Source: Cyanophora paradoxa CCMP329
Taxonomy: Eukaryota; Plantae; Glaucophyta
Assembly: GCA_004431415.1 (NCBI GenBank)
Contig: QPMI01000330.1
Location: 1-56,229, forward strand
Length of the DNA: 56,229 nt
Direction of reading: 5' to 3'
The position numbers and the translations under genes are program-made. Position 1 is the first letter of the stretch, and the number at the start of each line of letters is the position of its first letter. The notes below the pieces were generated by a model that was not told the origin of the DNA, ran no database searches, and worked only from the letters and a program-made list of their open reading frames with translations. Of the stretch, positions 35,981-48,360 are shown one piece after another.

Positions 35981-37064
35981 ATGGCGCGGATCACTGTCGA
36001 GGTCTCGCCGCCTAGTTTCTTTGACGTCTTGTTCGTGTTCGCCCAGCCGACGTACCAGCTAGCGGTGCGTTTCACACAAATCGCGCCGCCTAATCGCCTC
36101 CTGTCGGGCCGAGTTCTGTCGCAACTGCCGGCGGATGGCGCTAGCTCTAGATCTCCAGCTTCCGTCGCGCGTCGACGTCTAGCGTCCCATAGCCACGCAC
36201 GGAGCGGGTCCATGGGGCGGTGAGAAGTCAGGCCGCTTAGCAGAAGTTTGACTCGGCGCCATCCTTCCGCGCAGTTCGGAATATGGTCGCTCGTCAGGCC
36301 CTACCAGCTCACGCAGTTTCGATTCAACACTGCGGAAGGCTCGCAGCTGCAGCTTCGGCACCCTGTGCAGGGCACTCTGATACTAGAGAGCGGCGTCCTC
36401 TTCATTTCGACGGCGATCTACCAGGTCTGCGCTCGGTCTTCTCGCTCGGATTTACTTCGGCAAGCGAGCGTACGCGCGGCAGTTCTTCGCTCTACGGACG
36501 GCCGACCAGCGCGTTGTGAAGCGGACGCTTCTAGCAAACGTGTACGCTGCGGTATCGCTCTCGCTCCTCGGGCTCGCCTCACGCGGCCCGGCCCCTCGCA
36601 GCCTCTTCCTGGGGTCCTATCTTACAGGTATTGCGCTTCCGCGGCCTCGGCCCTGCTCGTCCCCGTCTTCCCCGCCGAACCCCTCTCCTCGGGACGTCGC
36701 GCAGTGTACGCCCTGTACCTGCAGGGCTCGCCCGAGCGCATCCCCCAGTGGCCCGTCATAATGCTGGCGATCGTCGTGCCCGCATTCTTCTGCTGCATTG
36801 CGCTAATCTATCTCGCCTGCTGGTGCGCCGCGGCCGGAGGGCTCTGGATCCGCCCGGCGGCTTCGCGCAGTTCGATCTTACGCGGGGCGCGCGTGCAGGG
36901 CGTGCGGGTGCAGCCCGTCGCGGGACGACTACAACCAGTCCGAGCTGCTCATCCCCGCCGGCCACCCGAGCTCGTCCGAGCGCTCGCCCAAGCGGGCGAG
37001 CCGGCGGACGAGCTCGTCCGCCCGCGACCCGGCGCCCCCCATGGCCACGTACAAGCTCGGGTGA
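35981..37064 (+). CDS. Hypothetical single-pass membrane protein, multi-exon
   Basis: ATG at 35981 (MARITVEVSPPSFFDVLFVF), GT-AG introns, and a TM segment WPVIMLAIVVPAFFCCIALIYLACW followed by a Cys cluster and a Ser-rich tail. Confidence 0.55.
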
Positions 37065-37565
37065 GACGCGAATTCGAAGATGCTGGCGCATGAATTCGAA
37101 TTCGCCCCTATCATCACTTGTCCCTTAACTGTCCCTGCCCGCGCAGGTACTCCCACTTGACATAGCTGGGCTCGAGGACAGATTTGACTTATACTGTAAT
37201 TTAATTCAAAACGCATCGAGCGCATGGGAAGCACCGAAAGGGAAACTGGTTCAACACACTACAATCACGCCGATACATAGGAAGGTATGCAGAATGCATA
37301 TGAAAGAACTAGTTCAGATTACAAAGCCACGGATCGAGTGGCAGGTCCGAGGTGTGACGGAGGGCGTGAGGGGGCCCCTGGGGGCCGGGACGTGTCCGAA
37401 ACGAGCAATGGCGCGGGGCGAGGGGCCCGATGGGCCCGAAGAGGGGAGGGGGGTCGCGTGCCCTCTCCCCTGGTGCGCTAACTCGGAAAGGGGGCTGCCT
37501 AGTAGTCAGGCGGCCCCGTGTGAGAGCGGCGAGCGCCGCTGTCGGAGTGAGATAAGGGGGCGGCG

Positions 37566-40346
37566 CTAGTTGGCCGCCGCGAGGGCGGCGGCGTGCTGGG
37601 CGAGCGAGCACGCCCTGCAGCAGAGGGAGCGGGGACCGGCCTCGGTGGGGGCGGTGCACATGGCGCACTTGCCGCCCTCGGGCGGGGCCTCGTCGGAGGA
37701 GGCCGGGGAGGCGGTGCCGGAGGGCCCCGAGGAGGGCTCCGTGCAAAGGGACCTGGCCGAGGACATTGAGGCCGAGCGCTCCGTCACCACCCGCGGGGCC
37801 GGCTCCGGCGTGTCCAGCAGCTCCTGCCGCCCAGAGTCGGTCAGCGGGGGGGAGGCTGGGCGCCGGCGGGCGGGGCGCACCGGCGAGGCGTCGAAGCAGG
37901 CCTGGAGCAGGGCGTTCTCCTCCATCTGCTCCTGCTCCGTGGCGCCGGCGGCCTTGCTGGCCTGCTGGCGGTGGCGCGCCTGCTGCGGCGTGCCCGGCGC
38001 CGGCCAGAGGCCGACGGGCCCGGAGGCGTCGCAGTAGTGCGAGGGCGGCGGCGGCTGCTTCTCGACGGTGGGCGGGTGCTGGTGGCCGAACGAGCCGTTG
38101 CGGCGGCGGGCGTGGAGCTTCTGGTCGGGCGTGGCCATCGGGTCATGGTCCGGGGAGCACGGCGGCGAGACGGGGGCGCCGGGGTACACGAAGCCGGCCC
38201 GGGCGGGGTGGAAGCCGTACTGGAGCTGCTGGGGGCCCTGGGGCTGGAAGGGCGACGAGGAGACGTGCGCGTGCGCGGCGCGCATGGTGGGGGGCGAGAG
38301 CGGGTGGGCGTGCTGGTGCGCCGGCGACTGCTGCCACCCGCCCATCGGCGCCGCGTGGCACGAGGCGGGCGCCCAGTGCTCGCTGCCGTGCGGCGAGGGC
38401 GCCACGCTCGCCGGCGCCGAGTTGGCAGCGTGGCCGTTGCCCGTGTAGACGAAGAGGGGGACCTTAGGGGCCATGGGCGTGCGCGGCAGCGAGGCCGGCT
38501 TGGGCGGGGAGAAGAGCGAGAACCCGGCGTCCCTCTGCGCGTCCGGGAAGCTGAGGCCGGCCGCCTGCATTGCCGCCGCCGCCGCAGCCGCAGCGATCGT
38601 GTAGTGGTCCAGCTGCTCCTGCTGGAACCGATCCGACGGGAACCGCTCCGGCCGGCTCGGCGTCGACGGGACGGTGCCCCCGCAGGATCCATACGCCGGC
38701 GAGGCCGCCACGACCGGGCGCGCGGGGCTCTGGTTGAGAGAAAGGCTGCGCGCAGGGTCAGCGGGGGAGGGCTCCAAAGCGGCTGCGGGGCGGGGCGGGG
38801 CGGGGCGCACTTGTTGAGGGCGGCGCGGAGGAAGGGGGGCACGCCGAAGGGGTTGCGGGCGGGGGAGAAGGCGCCCTGGCCGTCCTCCCAGTTCTCCTTG
38901 CCGTCCTCGGGGTTCTCGTCCAGGAGCCCCTCCGCCTCGCTCGTGCGGGACCACGTCTGCGGGGCCGGCGTGAGATCGGGCCGCGCCAGTCGCGCCAGGC
39001 GTGCAACGCCGGAAGTCAATGTCTCACCTTCTCGGAGCTGTTCAGGCTGGCGGCCTTGCGGAAGGCGCTGGCCGCCTCGGACTTGCGGCCGATGGCGAGG
39101 AGGCAGTCGCCGAGCTTGTAGTAGAGCGACGCCCGCTGCTCCGTGATCGCGTCGTTCTCCCGGCAGAGCCACTTCTCGAGGTCCGCGTCCGTCGGGTACT
39201 GGCACGAGAGCTGCCGCCTGCGCCGCGAGTCAGCGGGCGTTCGGGAGGCTGCATCCGAGCCGCGCACATACCCGTGAATGCGGAAGGCGCCGTTGTTTCC
39301 GTCTTTGACGACCAGGCGCGCCGCTTCTTCAGAGTCGAACTGCATGATTCCGATGGCGCTGGGGGGCTTCGAGGGCGTTCCCTTCTGCGAACCGCGGAAA
39401 AAAGAGCGTCAAAAAGGAGAAAAGGAAAATTAGGTCGAGATCAAGTTCTCGCACCAGGCGGCAAAGGATCTGGGCAGTGACACAGGTGTAATCCTTGAAC
39501 ATCTTGCGCAGACCATGGCCCGTCCTGTCGCCCCGACACGTGTCACGGCATGCGGAGTGGTCGGGCTGGCGGGGAGGCGCTCACATCTTGACGGGCAGGT
39601 TGCGAACGATGACTCGTAAGCGGCGGGCAGACTGATCAGAGCCGCCGTTCATCTCGAGCTCGGCGATGCGGTCCTGGAGCAGATATGCGGCCTGCGCAAG
39701 GGCGTAAGCCAACGCGGCCTGACGACGCCGCGTAAGCGCTCACCTTGTCGTAGCATCCGACCTTGGGATAGAGATCGATCAGCACGTTCCGAGCACCTGC
39801 GTGTAGCGCGGTCAGCCGTCGCAGATCTGGGTGTGGGAGCGCCAGCGGTGATACGGGTCACGCGAGGCCGCACGCACCATTCTTGTCCTCAAGAATGTGC
39901 TCGTGTGTCTCGATCAGGTTGACCGCATGATCGAACGCGCCCTTGCGGGCGAGCAGGCTAGCGAGGTCCTGCAGAGTGCGTGCGCGTCAGCGCTGCGAAC
40001 TGGAATCGCGTGTATATGCTCTAATGACGCATTGAACCCGGAAGAGCCGATTTCCGAACGCTGCAGCCGCCGCAGATTCAAAAGAGGGGGAGCACCTTGA
40101 CGGCGCTGTCCGGGTGGTCATTGCGCTGGATCGCTAGCCTGTACAACGCGGCGGCCGTCTCAAGATCTTTCGCTGCCTCGGCCTGCGGGGCGCCCCGCGT
40201 GAGCCCCACGCCGAGGAGCGAGATGGCGCACGTCTCCGTATCCGACAGCGGTTAGACGAGTCGGGATGTGGTCGCACCTTCTTCGCCGCCCAATATGGGG
40301 TCGGCATCCCGCCCGGCACGCCCGGGGCGCCGGCGTAGGCTTCCAT
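37566..40346 (-). CDS. MS5/POLLENLESS3/TDM1-SDI1-family TPR protein with RRM-like insert and C-terminal Cys motif
   Basis: Spliced TPYWAAKK|AEAAKDLETAAALYRLAIQRNDHPDSAVK|DLASLLARKGAFDHAVNLIE...NVLIDLYPKVG matches the recalled MS5-family N-terminus. Then come RVIVRNLP...GIMQFDSEEAA (RRM-like), another TPR (YYKLGDCLLAIGRKSEAASAFRKA), a disordered tail and CAMC...CRAC. Confidence 0.7.
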
Positions 40347-40865
40347 GTCCCGAATCCCGATCGGCCCTTAACTTTCAAATGTCTGGGGTACAGCTTTCAA
40401 ACAAAAGTCAGCGATCAAATTGCGATTGATGCCAGCACATGCATATGTACACGTGCACTCGCGATCGGCCCCGCGCGCGCGCTACAGCTAGCTAGCACAC
40501 TCGGCCCCGCGCGGTTGCAACTCCGTATACCGATCGCGATATCTGCAGCTGCGTTCTTGCGACCATTTGGCAAAGCTGGCTCGCAATAAATTAATAGATA
40601 GAACCTTGCGCAATTGCCGCACTATGGCGCACGCCCGCGGCCGCGTTCAGAAAGCGCCGCAGAGCTGGTACGTATACCGGTATGTATCGCGGCATCGGGC
40701 TCGGGCGGCGATGCGAGCGGGCGGCTATGCGAGCCAGCGGCAACGATCAAATTGCGATGACGTCAACAGCTGTACATGGGGCCGTGCGCTAGCGCTACCT
40801 GCATGGCTCAGCTAGCGGCTCAGGGCTGCAACTACCGGCCGCGCCTTGCAATTGCAACTAGCTCG

Positions 40866-42914
40866 CTAGAGATCGAGCCGCACGCCCGCCGCGGCCTGCG
40901 GCCCAAGCTCAGAGAGAGATGGCAACTTGCCAAGCCATAATGTGGAATATGTGTAGCCAAGCACCTGAGCGGCGTGTAGGCGTCCGAGGGCGGCGCGGAC
41001 CTCTTCCGAGTGGTTCGGCGCATCCGGGCCCGGCGCGCGGTCCGAGAGGAAGACGCCGAGGCGGTGCAGGAGACGCGTGGGGGCGGAGGAGGCGAGGGCC
41101 TCCAGGGCGACAGCCGCCGGCCCCGCGGGCCAGGCCGTGCGCACGCCAATCAGGAGGCGCGTCCCCTCCCGCAGGCGCCCCGCCGCCTCGAACAGATCCG
41201 CTGCGCCCTCGATCCTCGGCCCGGGCGGGGCCGCGGGCGGGGCAAGGCGAGCGGGGGGGCGGGGGGCGGACCCGGGGCGACCCCCTCGAGCTCGCAGTCC
41301 AGTTGTACGGTCTCGAGCGTCGGGGCCCGGGCTGGCCCGGCGCGCGCGTCGCTGAGCTCGAGCGGGCCCGCGGAGGCGCACGGCGCTCGCTGGGCGGCGC
41401 ACCGAGGAGCCAGCCCAGCGTCGATGCAGTGACGCCGCAGTTCCGCATCTCCAGCCTGCCGCCTCGCGTCGGCGCGCGGGCGCCGCGGCGAGCGCCGCGG
41501 CGGGGCGCGCTCACTCCTGTACCCCGGCAAAGGCGTCGCGGGGCAGCGGGTCCGGGAGGAGGACGCGGTCGAGGAGGAGGGCGGCGGGGCCGTCGCGGGG
41601 GGGTACGCCGAGGGGCCGGAAGAGGCCGGCGAGAGCGGCGAAGGCCTCGGGGTGGCGGGCGTCGACGCCGGAGCCGCGGGGGTACACGGCGTCCTTGAAG
41701 ATAACCTCGAGGCGGCGGCAGGCGATGCCAGCGGCGGCGAGCGCGGCGGCGTCCTCGAGGATGGAGGAGGAGCCGAAGGGCCCGCCGAGGAGCCGCAGGC
41801 TGTAGACCCCGCGCAGGCTCGGGAGCCGCGGCAGCACCAGCCGCGGCTGCTTCGGGTTGCCCAGGTTCGCCCCCACGTACTCCAGCGACCCCGGCAGGTG
41901 CATCTGCATCGGAGGGAAGGAAGGACGCTCAAACGGGAGCTCGGGCCTGCGGGGGCGGGCGCGGGGCGGCGCGGCGCGCCAGAAGCTGTGAGGAGAAGTG
42001 GAGGACAGGGCCGAAGGGCCCCACGAAGGAGATGGACCGGAGGCGCGGGAGGGCGGCCGCCGTCGCCGCCTTCGCGACGAGCACACAGCACGCCGGCAGC
42101 GAGTCCGGGAGCTGCCCGTCGGGCGCTGCGGCGGCGCGTGAGAAGCGAGGGAGGCCGGAGGGAAAGGAGGAGGAGGAGGGGCTCGCGAGCCTGGGAAGCG
42201 GGCGTCGAGGTGGGCGAGGGACGGGGCGCAGGCGGCCAGCAGCGCGCGCATGGAGACGAGCAGGGGCGGCGGCTCCAGGTCTTCCTCCTCCGCGTACGAG
42301 CAGAAGACCGTCAGGCCGAGCTCCGCGAGGCCCGCGCATGCGCCCAGGGACAGGACCCGCGCAGCCTCCCTCCAGCGCAGCGCCCTCGGCGCCCGCGGCC
42401 GCGCCTCGGGCGTGTACGCGCGTCGGAACCTTTGAGGAATTAGCGTTTACACTCGAAGCTTAGGTACCCGGCCAAAGCTCCGCTCAGCGGCTCACCGCTC
42501 TTCCATCGAAACGACCGCCTCCAGCGGCGTGTCGTCAGCGATCACGCTGCGCGCGCGCGTGGCGAAAGCGAAGTGAAACGAAGCACGTGTGCGATCCGGG
42601 CGGCTCGCGCACTCGAGATCCAGGCGGAGGCTGAATGGCGGGCTCTTCGAGGCCGTGAGCCAGGCGCGACAAACAGCGCCGGCGCGCACTCGCTCTGCGA
42701 GGTTGCATGAGACCGCGCACGACCAAAGAGAAGCCCGGGGATGAGGGGGCTCTATAGCTAGGACACCTCGGACATCGAGGTGCGAGAAGCAAGAAGCGAT
42801 GAGCTCGATCGGCAAGCTGGTTGCGTGCGCATCCAGTAGGACTTCGCTGTCCCTCCTCTGCATCCGTAGCTCGTGATCCGCGTCCGGCAGGTCCTCAATG
42901 TCCCTCCTGTGCAT
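40866..42914 (-). CDS. F-box protein with divergent LRR-like C-terminus
   Basis: SLPIELIASCFSHLDV...ERVRAGAVCRAW is an F-box split by an intron. Downstream exons contain LRR-like segments (LPRLRSISF, LPGSLEYV, LPRLPSLRGVYSLRL). Confidence 0.7.
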
Positions 42915-43291
42915 GACAACTTTGCAGGTCAGGGGGGGCAGGGTAAATCTGGGGGTACCATTGGGAAGGAAAGCTTTTCTCGTCCCGAAGACGTCTCAGC
43001 AGGGCAGCAGCCGGGGAGTGCGAAACTAGGCAGAAACAGGTTCTGGGAGCCAAGAGCGGTCGCCGCTACCGCGGCTGCTCCGAAAACCCAGACAGGTCAG
43101 TCGAGGCGCGCCTGGTGCTAGCGATGGGTCCCGCATGCTCCCCAATAGCGTTGAATGCGAGCCTAGCTCCCGCCTGGCATCCGTCGCCCTCTCGACTCCT
43201 CGTGCCTCTAGCCAAAAGCGTCGCACTAGAGCGAGCGCAGCGGGAGCGCGCCAGCGCTCTGCTGCGACCTTGCTGATGGAAATGCAAAGGT

Positions 43292-46200
43292 ATGGCGGAC
43301 TACACCGGCGATTACGACCGGTCGCCGCACAGTGATGAATATGGCGGCGGGGACTCATCCCGCTTCTTCACGGTGCTGGAGTCCGCGCGGATGAGGAGAG
43401 CGAACGCGGAGGCGCCCTCGAGTGCGCGAACGTGCCCGCGAGCTGCAAGTGCCGGCAGCTAACGGGCGCCGGTCGCGCCGGCGCAGGTCCCTACGGGTCG
43501 GCATCCGGGAACATGCCGAGGCCGCCGTCGCGGCCGGGATCGGCCCAGCCGCGGCCGCCGTCGCGAGGACGCTCGCGGCCGGTGTCCGCACAGGTCCGCG
43601 GGCTCCCCGTGCGGGCGAGGCCGCCCTCGGCGGGCCCGGCGCGGCGCCCGCCCTCGGCGGGGCCGTCGCGGCGCCCGCACCACAACGACCCCGAGTCGCT
43701 GCTGGAGTCGATGGAGCGGCTCGAGCGGCAGCTCAAGTCCGTCGAGCGCGAGCACCTGCTGCTCAAAGCGGAGTGCATGCAGGCCGAGTACGAGAACCAG
43801 CGCAAGGAGCGGCAGATCGACGACCTTCTGGACACGCAGGCGCGCATGTTCGCCAGCAAGCAGGCCACGCAAGTCCGCGCCGACACGAATGTGCGCGGGA
43901 ACGCCCGCCCGCCCTCCTCCCTCCCTCGCAAGTTGGGCGGGCGAGCTCTGACTCTTCGCTGCGCAGGCGCTGCGGGAGACGAAGGCGGAGGTGAAGCACC
44001 TGGAGGCGATCCTGGCGGAGAAGGAGGACACGCTGCAGGGGATGCGGGAGGACATGAAGCCGACGCGCGTGGCCGTGCTCGAGCTCGAGGTCCAGGGTCT
44101 CTTCGACGACTCCCGCCGCCTCGCCAAGCTCGTGCGCCCCGCCGCCCTGCCCGGCCCCGAGCCCTCCCGCCCCGAGCGCCCGTCAAAGAAGAAGATAAAT
44201 GCAAGGCCAACAGCCAGCTAGCTAGCGAGGGCGCGGCGGCCGGCGATAGCGAGCTGAGGGGGCGGGGGCAGGTGGAGATGAACGCGAAGCTGGCGCCGGA
44301 GGTGGCGCAGACGGCGGAGGCGCGCATCCGCGACATGGAGTCCTTCTCCTACCTCCGCCTCAAGCTCGACAACCGCGCCCTCAGGTGCGCGAAGCGGAGT
44401 GGGCCCTGCCGGGTGGGGCGGGGCGGCGCGCCTGTGCGTGGCTGAGCGGGGCGGGGGCGCAGGCAGGAGAACCGGACGATCGCGGCGGAGATCCAGGGCC
44501 TCTCCGCCGAGATCACCCGCGTGCGCCGCCCCGCCTTGCCGCTCCACTTTGAGGCCGGGGCCGACGCGGGGGCGGCGCCGGCGCAGGCCAAGGAGGACCT
44601 GGCGCGCACGCTGGAGGGGATCTCGGGCGAGCAGCGCCGGGCGGACGCGCAGGCGCGCGCCGAGGCCGAGGCGCAGGAGCGCGCCCGCCGCGAGGCCGTC
44701 CGCGCGGAGCTCCGCCGCAAGGCCGCCGCCACCCGGTCCGCTGCGCTGCCCGGTCGCTTCGGCTCGCGCCGGGGGCGCTGAGGTCCGCGTGGCAGCATCG
44801 GGGCGGCCTTCCGGATGTGGTCGGTGCGGACGCGGTACCTGAGGCAGCGGGACGAGCGGCGGAGGGCGGAGGAGGCGCGCCGCAAGGCGGCCGAGGATGC
44901 GCGCCGCAAGGCCGAAGAGGACAAGCGCAAGGCGGAGGAGGCGGCGCGCCGCAAGGCCGAGGAGGAGGCCGCCCGCAAGGGCGCCGAGGAGGAGGCGAAG
45001 CGGAGGGCAGACGAGGAGGCCGCCAAGAAGCGCGCCGAGGAGGAGGCCAAGCGCAAGGCCGAGGAGGAGGAGGCGAAGCGCAAGGCGGCCGAGGAGGAGG
45101 CGAAGCGCAAGGCTGAGGAGGAAGCCAAGAAGAAGGCGGAGGAGGAGGCGGCCAAGAAGCGCGCGGAGGAGGAGGCGGCGAAGCAGAAGGCGGAGGCGGA
45201 GGCGGAGGCGAAGCGCAAGGCGGAGGAGGAGGCGGCGGCGGCGAAGAAGAAGGCGGAGGAGGAGGCGGCCAAGAAGGCGGACAAGGAGGAGGAGAAGTAC
45301 GAGGACGACTTCGAGGCCCCCGCCCCCGCGCCCGCCGCCGTGCGCCCCGACCCGCGCCGCCCCGCTGCACCCCCGCCGCCCCCGCCGCCGCCGACGGAGC
45401 CGCGCGCGCGTGCAGGAGGCGCCGAGGCCAAAGCTGCCGGCCGGCACGCCGCCGATGAAGGCGGGAGAGGCAGTAACCGTCGCGGTCGTGGCGGGCCGGT
45501 CGCTGGTGGCGAAGCAGTCGGACGGCAAGTCGCACCCGTACGTGATGGTCTACGCCGGCCGCAACATGGCGCCCATCGGCGAGAAGCCGATCCGGGAGAA
45601 CGAGGGGGCGGTGGCGCTGGGCGAGTCGAAGCCGAAGTACACGACGCTGGACCCGGAGTGGGGCTACGAGGAGGCGGAGGCGTACGTGGCGCAGGCGCCG
45701 GCGGAGGAGGTGCTGGTCGTGGAGGTCTGGTGCTGGGCCCGCTTCCTCGCCCCCAAGTACATGGGCGAGGTCCGCGTCCGCCTCGACGAGCTCGGCTCGG
45801 GGGCCGCGCTCGAGGGCTGGTTCCCCATGGAGACCTCCCGCCCCCTCGCCACCAAGCCCGAGGACCTGGCGAAGAGCGCACTGCACCTGAGGCTCACGGC
45901 GGGCCCGCCGCCGCCCAAGAAGGAGGAGCCGGCGCCCGCGCCCGAGCCCGAGCCGCCCAAGGAGCCGCCCAAGGAGGAGCCGCCGCAGCCGGCGGCGCCA
46001 GCGCCGGCGGTGGACCCCGACGAGGAGCTGCGGAAGATGGAGGAGGAGCTGCGGCGGCAGGAGGAGGAGCTTGCCGCGCAGGAGGCGGAGCTGCAGGAGC
46101 AGGAGGAGGCGATGCGGCAGGAGGAGCTCGAGCTGAAGCTGCGCGAGGAGCAGACGCGCTCGATCAAGGAGCAGCAGGAGCGCGAGGAGTCGATCCTGCG

Positions 46201-47622
46201 GCTGCGCGAGGAGCGCGTCAAGAAGTTCGACCGCATCGTGATGGCCTGCGTGCGGGCGCAGGCCTTCGTGCGCGGCTGGCGCACGCGGCGAAAGCTGCGC
46301 GCCGAGGGCAAGAGCGTCAAGGTGCCCAAGGCCGCGGAGGGGGAGCCGGCCAAGCCGTCGGAGCCGGCCCCCGCGGCGGCGGCGGCGGACGAGTCGTTCA
46401 AGCGGCGCGAGGAGGAGATCCGCAAGCAGGAGGAGGAGATGCGGCAGCAGGAGGAGGAGATGAAGCGGATGGAGGAGGAGCTGCGGCGGCAGGAGGAGGA
46501 GCTCGCCGCGCAGGAGGCGGAGCTGCAGGCGCAGGAGGAGCAGCAGCGGCAGGAGGAGCTCGAGCTGAAGCTGCGCGAGGAGAAGGAGCGGGCGGCGCGG
46601 GAGGAGGCGCAGCGGCAGGAGGACATCCTGCGGCTGCGCCGCGAGCGCATCGTCCGCTTCGAGCGCTTCGTCATGGCCTGCGTCCGTTCCCAGGTCCGAC
46701 CGGCCGGCCCAAGCCGAGCGGGCGCCGCTTTGCGTTCGGCTCACCGGGGCGGACGGGGGGCGCACAGGCGTACTTCCGGGGCTTCAAGGCGCGGCGGAAG
46801 CTGCGGCTGGAGGAGGCGTCGCGGCGGCGGATGGAGGCGCTGAGCAACGCCCCCGACGAGGCGGAGCTGAAGCGGGCGCTGGAGGAGCGCCAGCGCGCCC
46901 TCGACGCCGCCGCCGAGGCCGAGAGGGAGGCCGCCAGGCCCGAGGCGGCGAAGCCCGAGGCCGAGAAGCCGGCACCGGCGCCCGCGCCCGCGGCGGGCGG
47001 CCCGACCCCCGAGGAGCTCGAGGAGATGCGCCGGCAGGAGGAGGAGGTGCGCGCGCCCGCCCGCCCCGCCGGCGGCCGGGGCGTGTGGGGAGCCGATGTG
47101 AGCGGGGCGGGGCGGGGCGGGGCAGGTGCGGAGGATGGAGGAGGAGATGCGCAGGATGGAGGAGGAGCTCGCCGCGCAGGAGGCCGAGCTCCAGGCCCAG
47201 CAGGAGGCCGTGCGCGCCGACGAGGCCGCCCTCAAGCTCCACGAGGAGGAGGCCCGCGTCCGCCGCGAGGAGACGGAGCGCCAGGCCGAGATCCTGCGCC
47301 TCCGCGAGGAGCGCGTCAAGAAGTTCGACCGCTTCATGATGGCCTGCATCCGCATCCAGGTGCCGCCACCCCACCGCAATCTCTTGCGAGGCGCGGCGGG
47401 CTGAGCTGGCGCCCGCCCGCCCGCCCGCAGGCGCTGTACCGGGGGTACACGACGCGGAAGCGGCTGGCGGGCAAGGCGGCGGCGACGCGGCGGGCGGAGG
47501 CGCTGACGAACGCGCCGGACGCCGGCTCGCTGGCGAAGCTGCAGGAGGAGGCGCGCCTCGCGCAGGAGAAGTACGACGCCGTGCTCAAGGAGGAGATGGA
47601 GGCCGAGGCCAAGGGGGCGTAG
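43292..47622 (+). CDS. Large coiled-coil/ER-K helix protein with C2 domain and three IQ motifs
   Basis: ATG at 43292 (MADYTGDY) splices into a coiled coil, then a (KAEEEA)n tract. The C2 domain is VTVAVVAGRSLVAKQSDGKSHPYV...TTLDPEW...LVVEVW...YMGEVRV. IQ motifs are AQAFVRGWRTRRKL, SQ|AYFRGFKARRKL and IQ|ALYRGYTTRKRL. TAG at 47620-47622. Confidence 0.8.
44860..45300 (+). repeat. Coding tandem repeat (R/K)KAEEEA(A/K)
   Basis: Repeated aaggc(c/g)gaggaggaggc units. Confidence 0.85.
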
Positions 47623-48080
47623 CCGCCGCCCCCGCTGCCGCTGCCGGCGGCGGCATGTGGGTAGATGTCGAGGCTAGCTGGCTAGGTCAGGCGGTCAGCC
47701 CCATCCGTGCGCCTTCTTTCAAGTTGACAGCAGCGACTGGCCGCCGCACACGCGCGGGCACCGAGGCTGCCCTGGGGTTCTCGAGCTTGCAATTGCGAGT
47801 AGCATGCATGCAGCCTAATCTAGCCTGGACACGGCCCGGCGGCCCGACGAGCAGATCTAGATCGTTCAGATGCGCCCGCGCGCAATCTCGAATCTCGATC
47901 GCCCGGGCCGCGCAGCGGCAGACCGTCGGACTCGGAAGCCTCGAGGAACATTCGTCTGCGCGCGTACGGGTACCCGGCCATCAGGATCCCTTCCGAGTTC
48001 GAGTTCGTCACATGATCGAGATTCGAGATCCTGGCCTGTCGACGTCATCCCGTCAGGCGCCGGCCCGCGGCGTCCAGATC

Positions 48081-48360
48081 TCATCGTGATATCGATCGCT
48101 TCTCGAGCTCATCGCGCCAGCAGATCTCAGCTGCAGCGACCTTTATATAGCTAGAACTCGCTCCCACCGCATTGCGCGCGAGAATTCGCGGCGTCGATCG
48201 ACGTGGACAACGCTAACTAGCCGCTGAGCGCACGGTGCGTGAATCTCACATGCATGCTCATCGCGATCGCCTCTCATCGCCAGCAGATCGATATCTCAGC
48301 TGCAGCGAGTCCGCCGCATTGCTCCGACGTCGACCTAGAGCCGCTGAGCGCGGTGCGTGA
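48081..48360. repeat. Decayed tandem duplication (48081-48242 vs 48258-48360)
   Basis: Shared blocks TCATCG.GAT, CAGCAGATC, TCAGCTGCAGCGA, CCGCATTGC and AGCCGCTGAGCG..CGGTGCGTGA, separated by short palindromic indels. Confidence 0.75.

Noticed and set aside
44860-47360. Regular repeats resembling a CRISPR array or satellite
   Set aside because: They are in-frame coding repeats with no constant repeat/unique spacer pattern and no cas genes.
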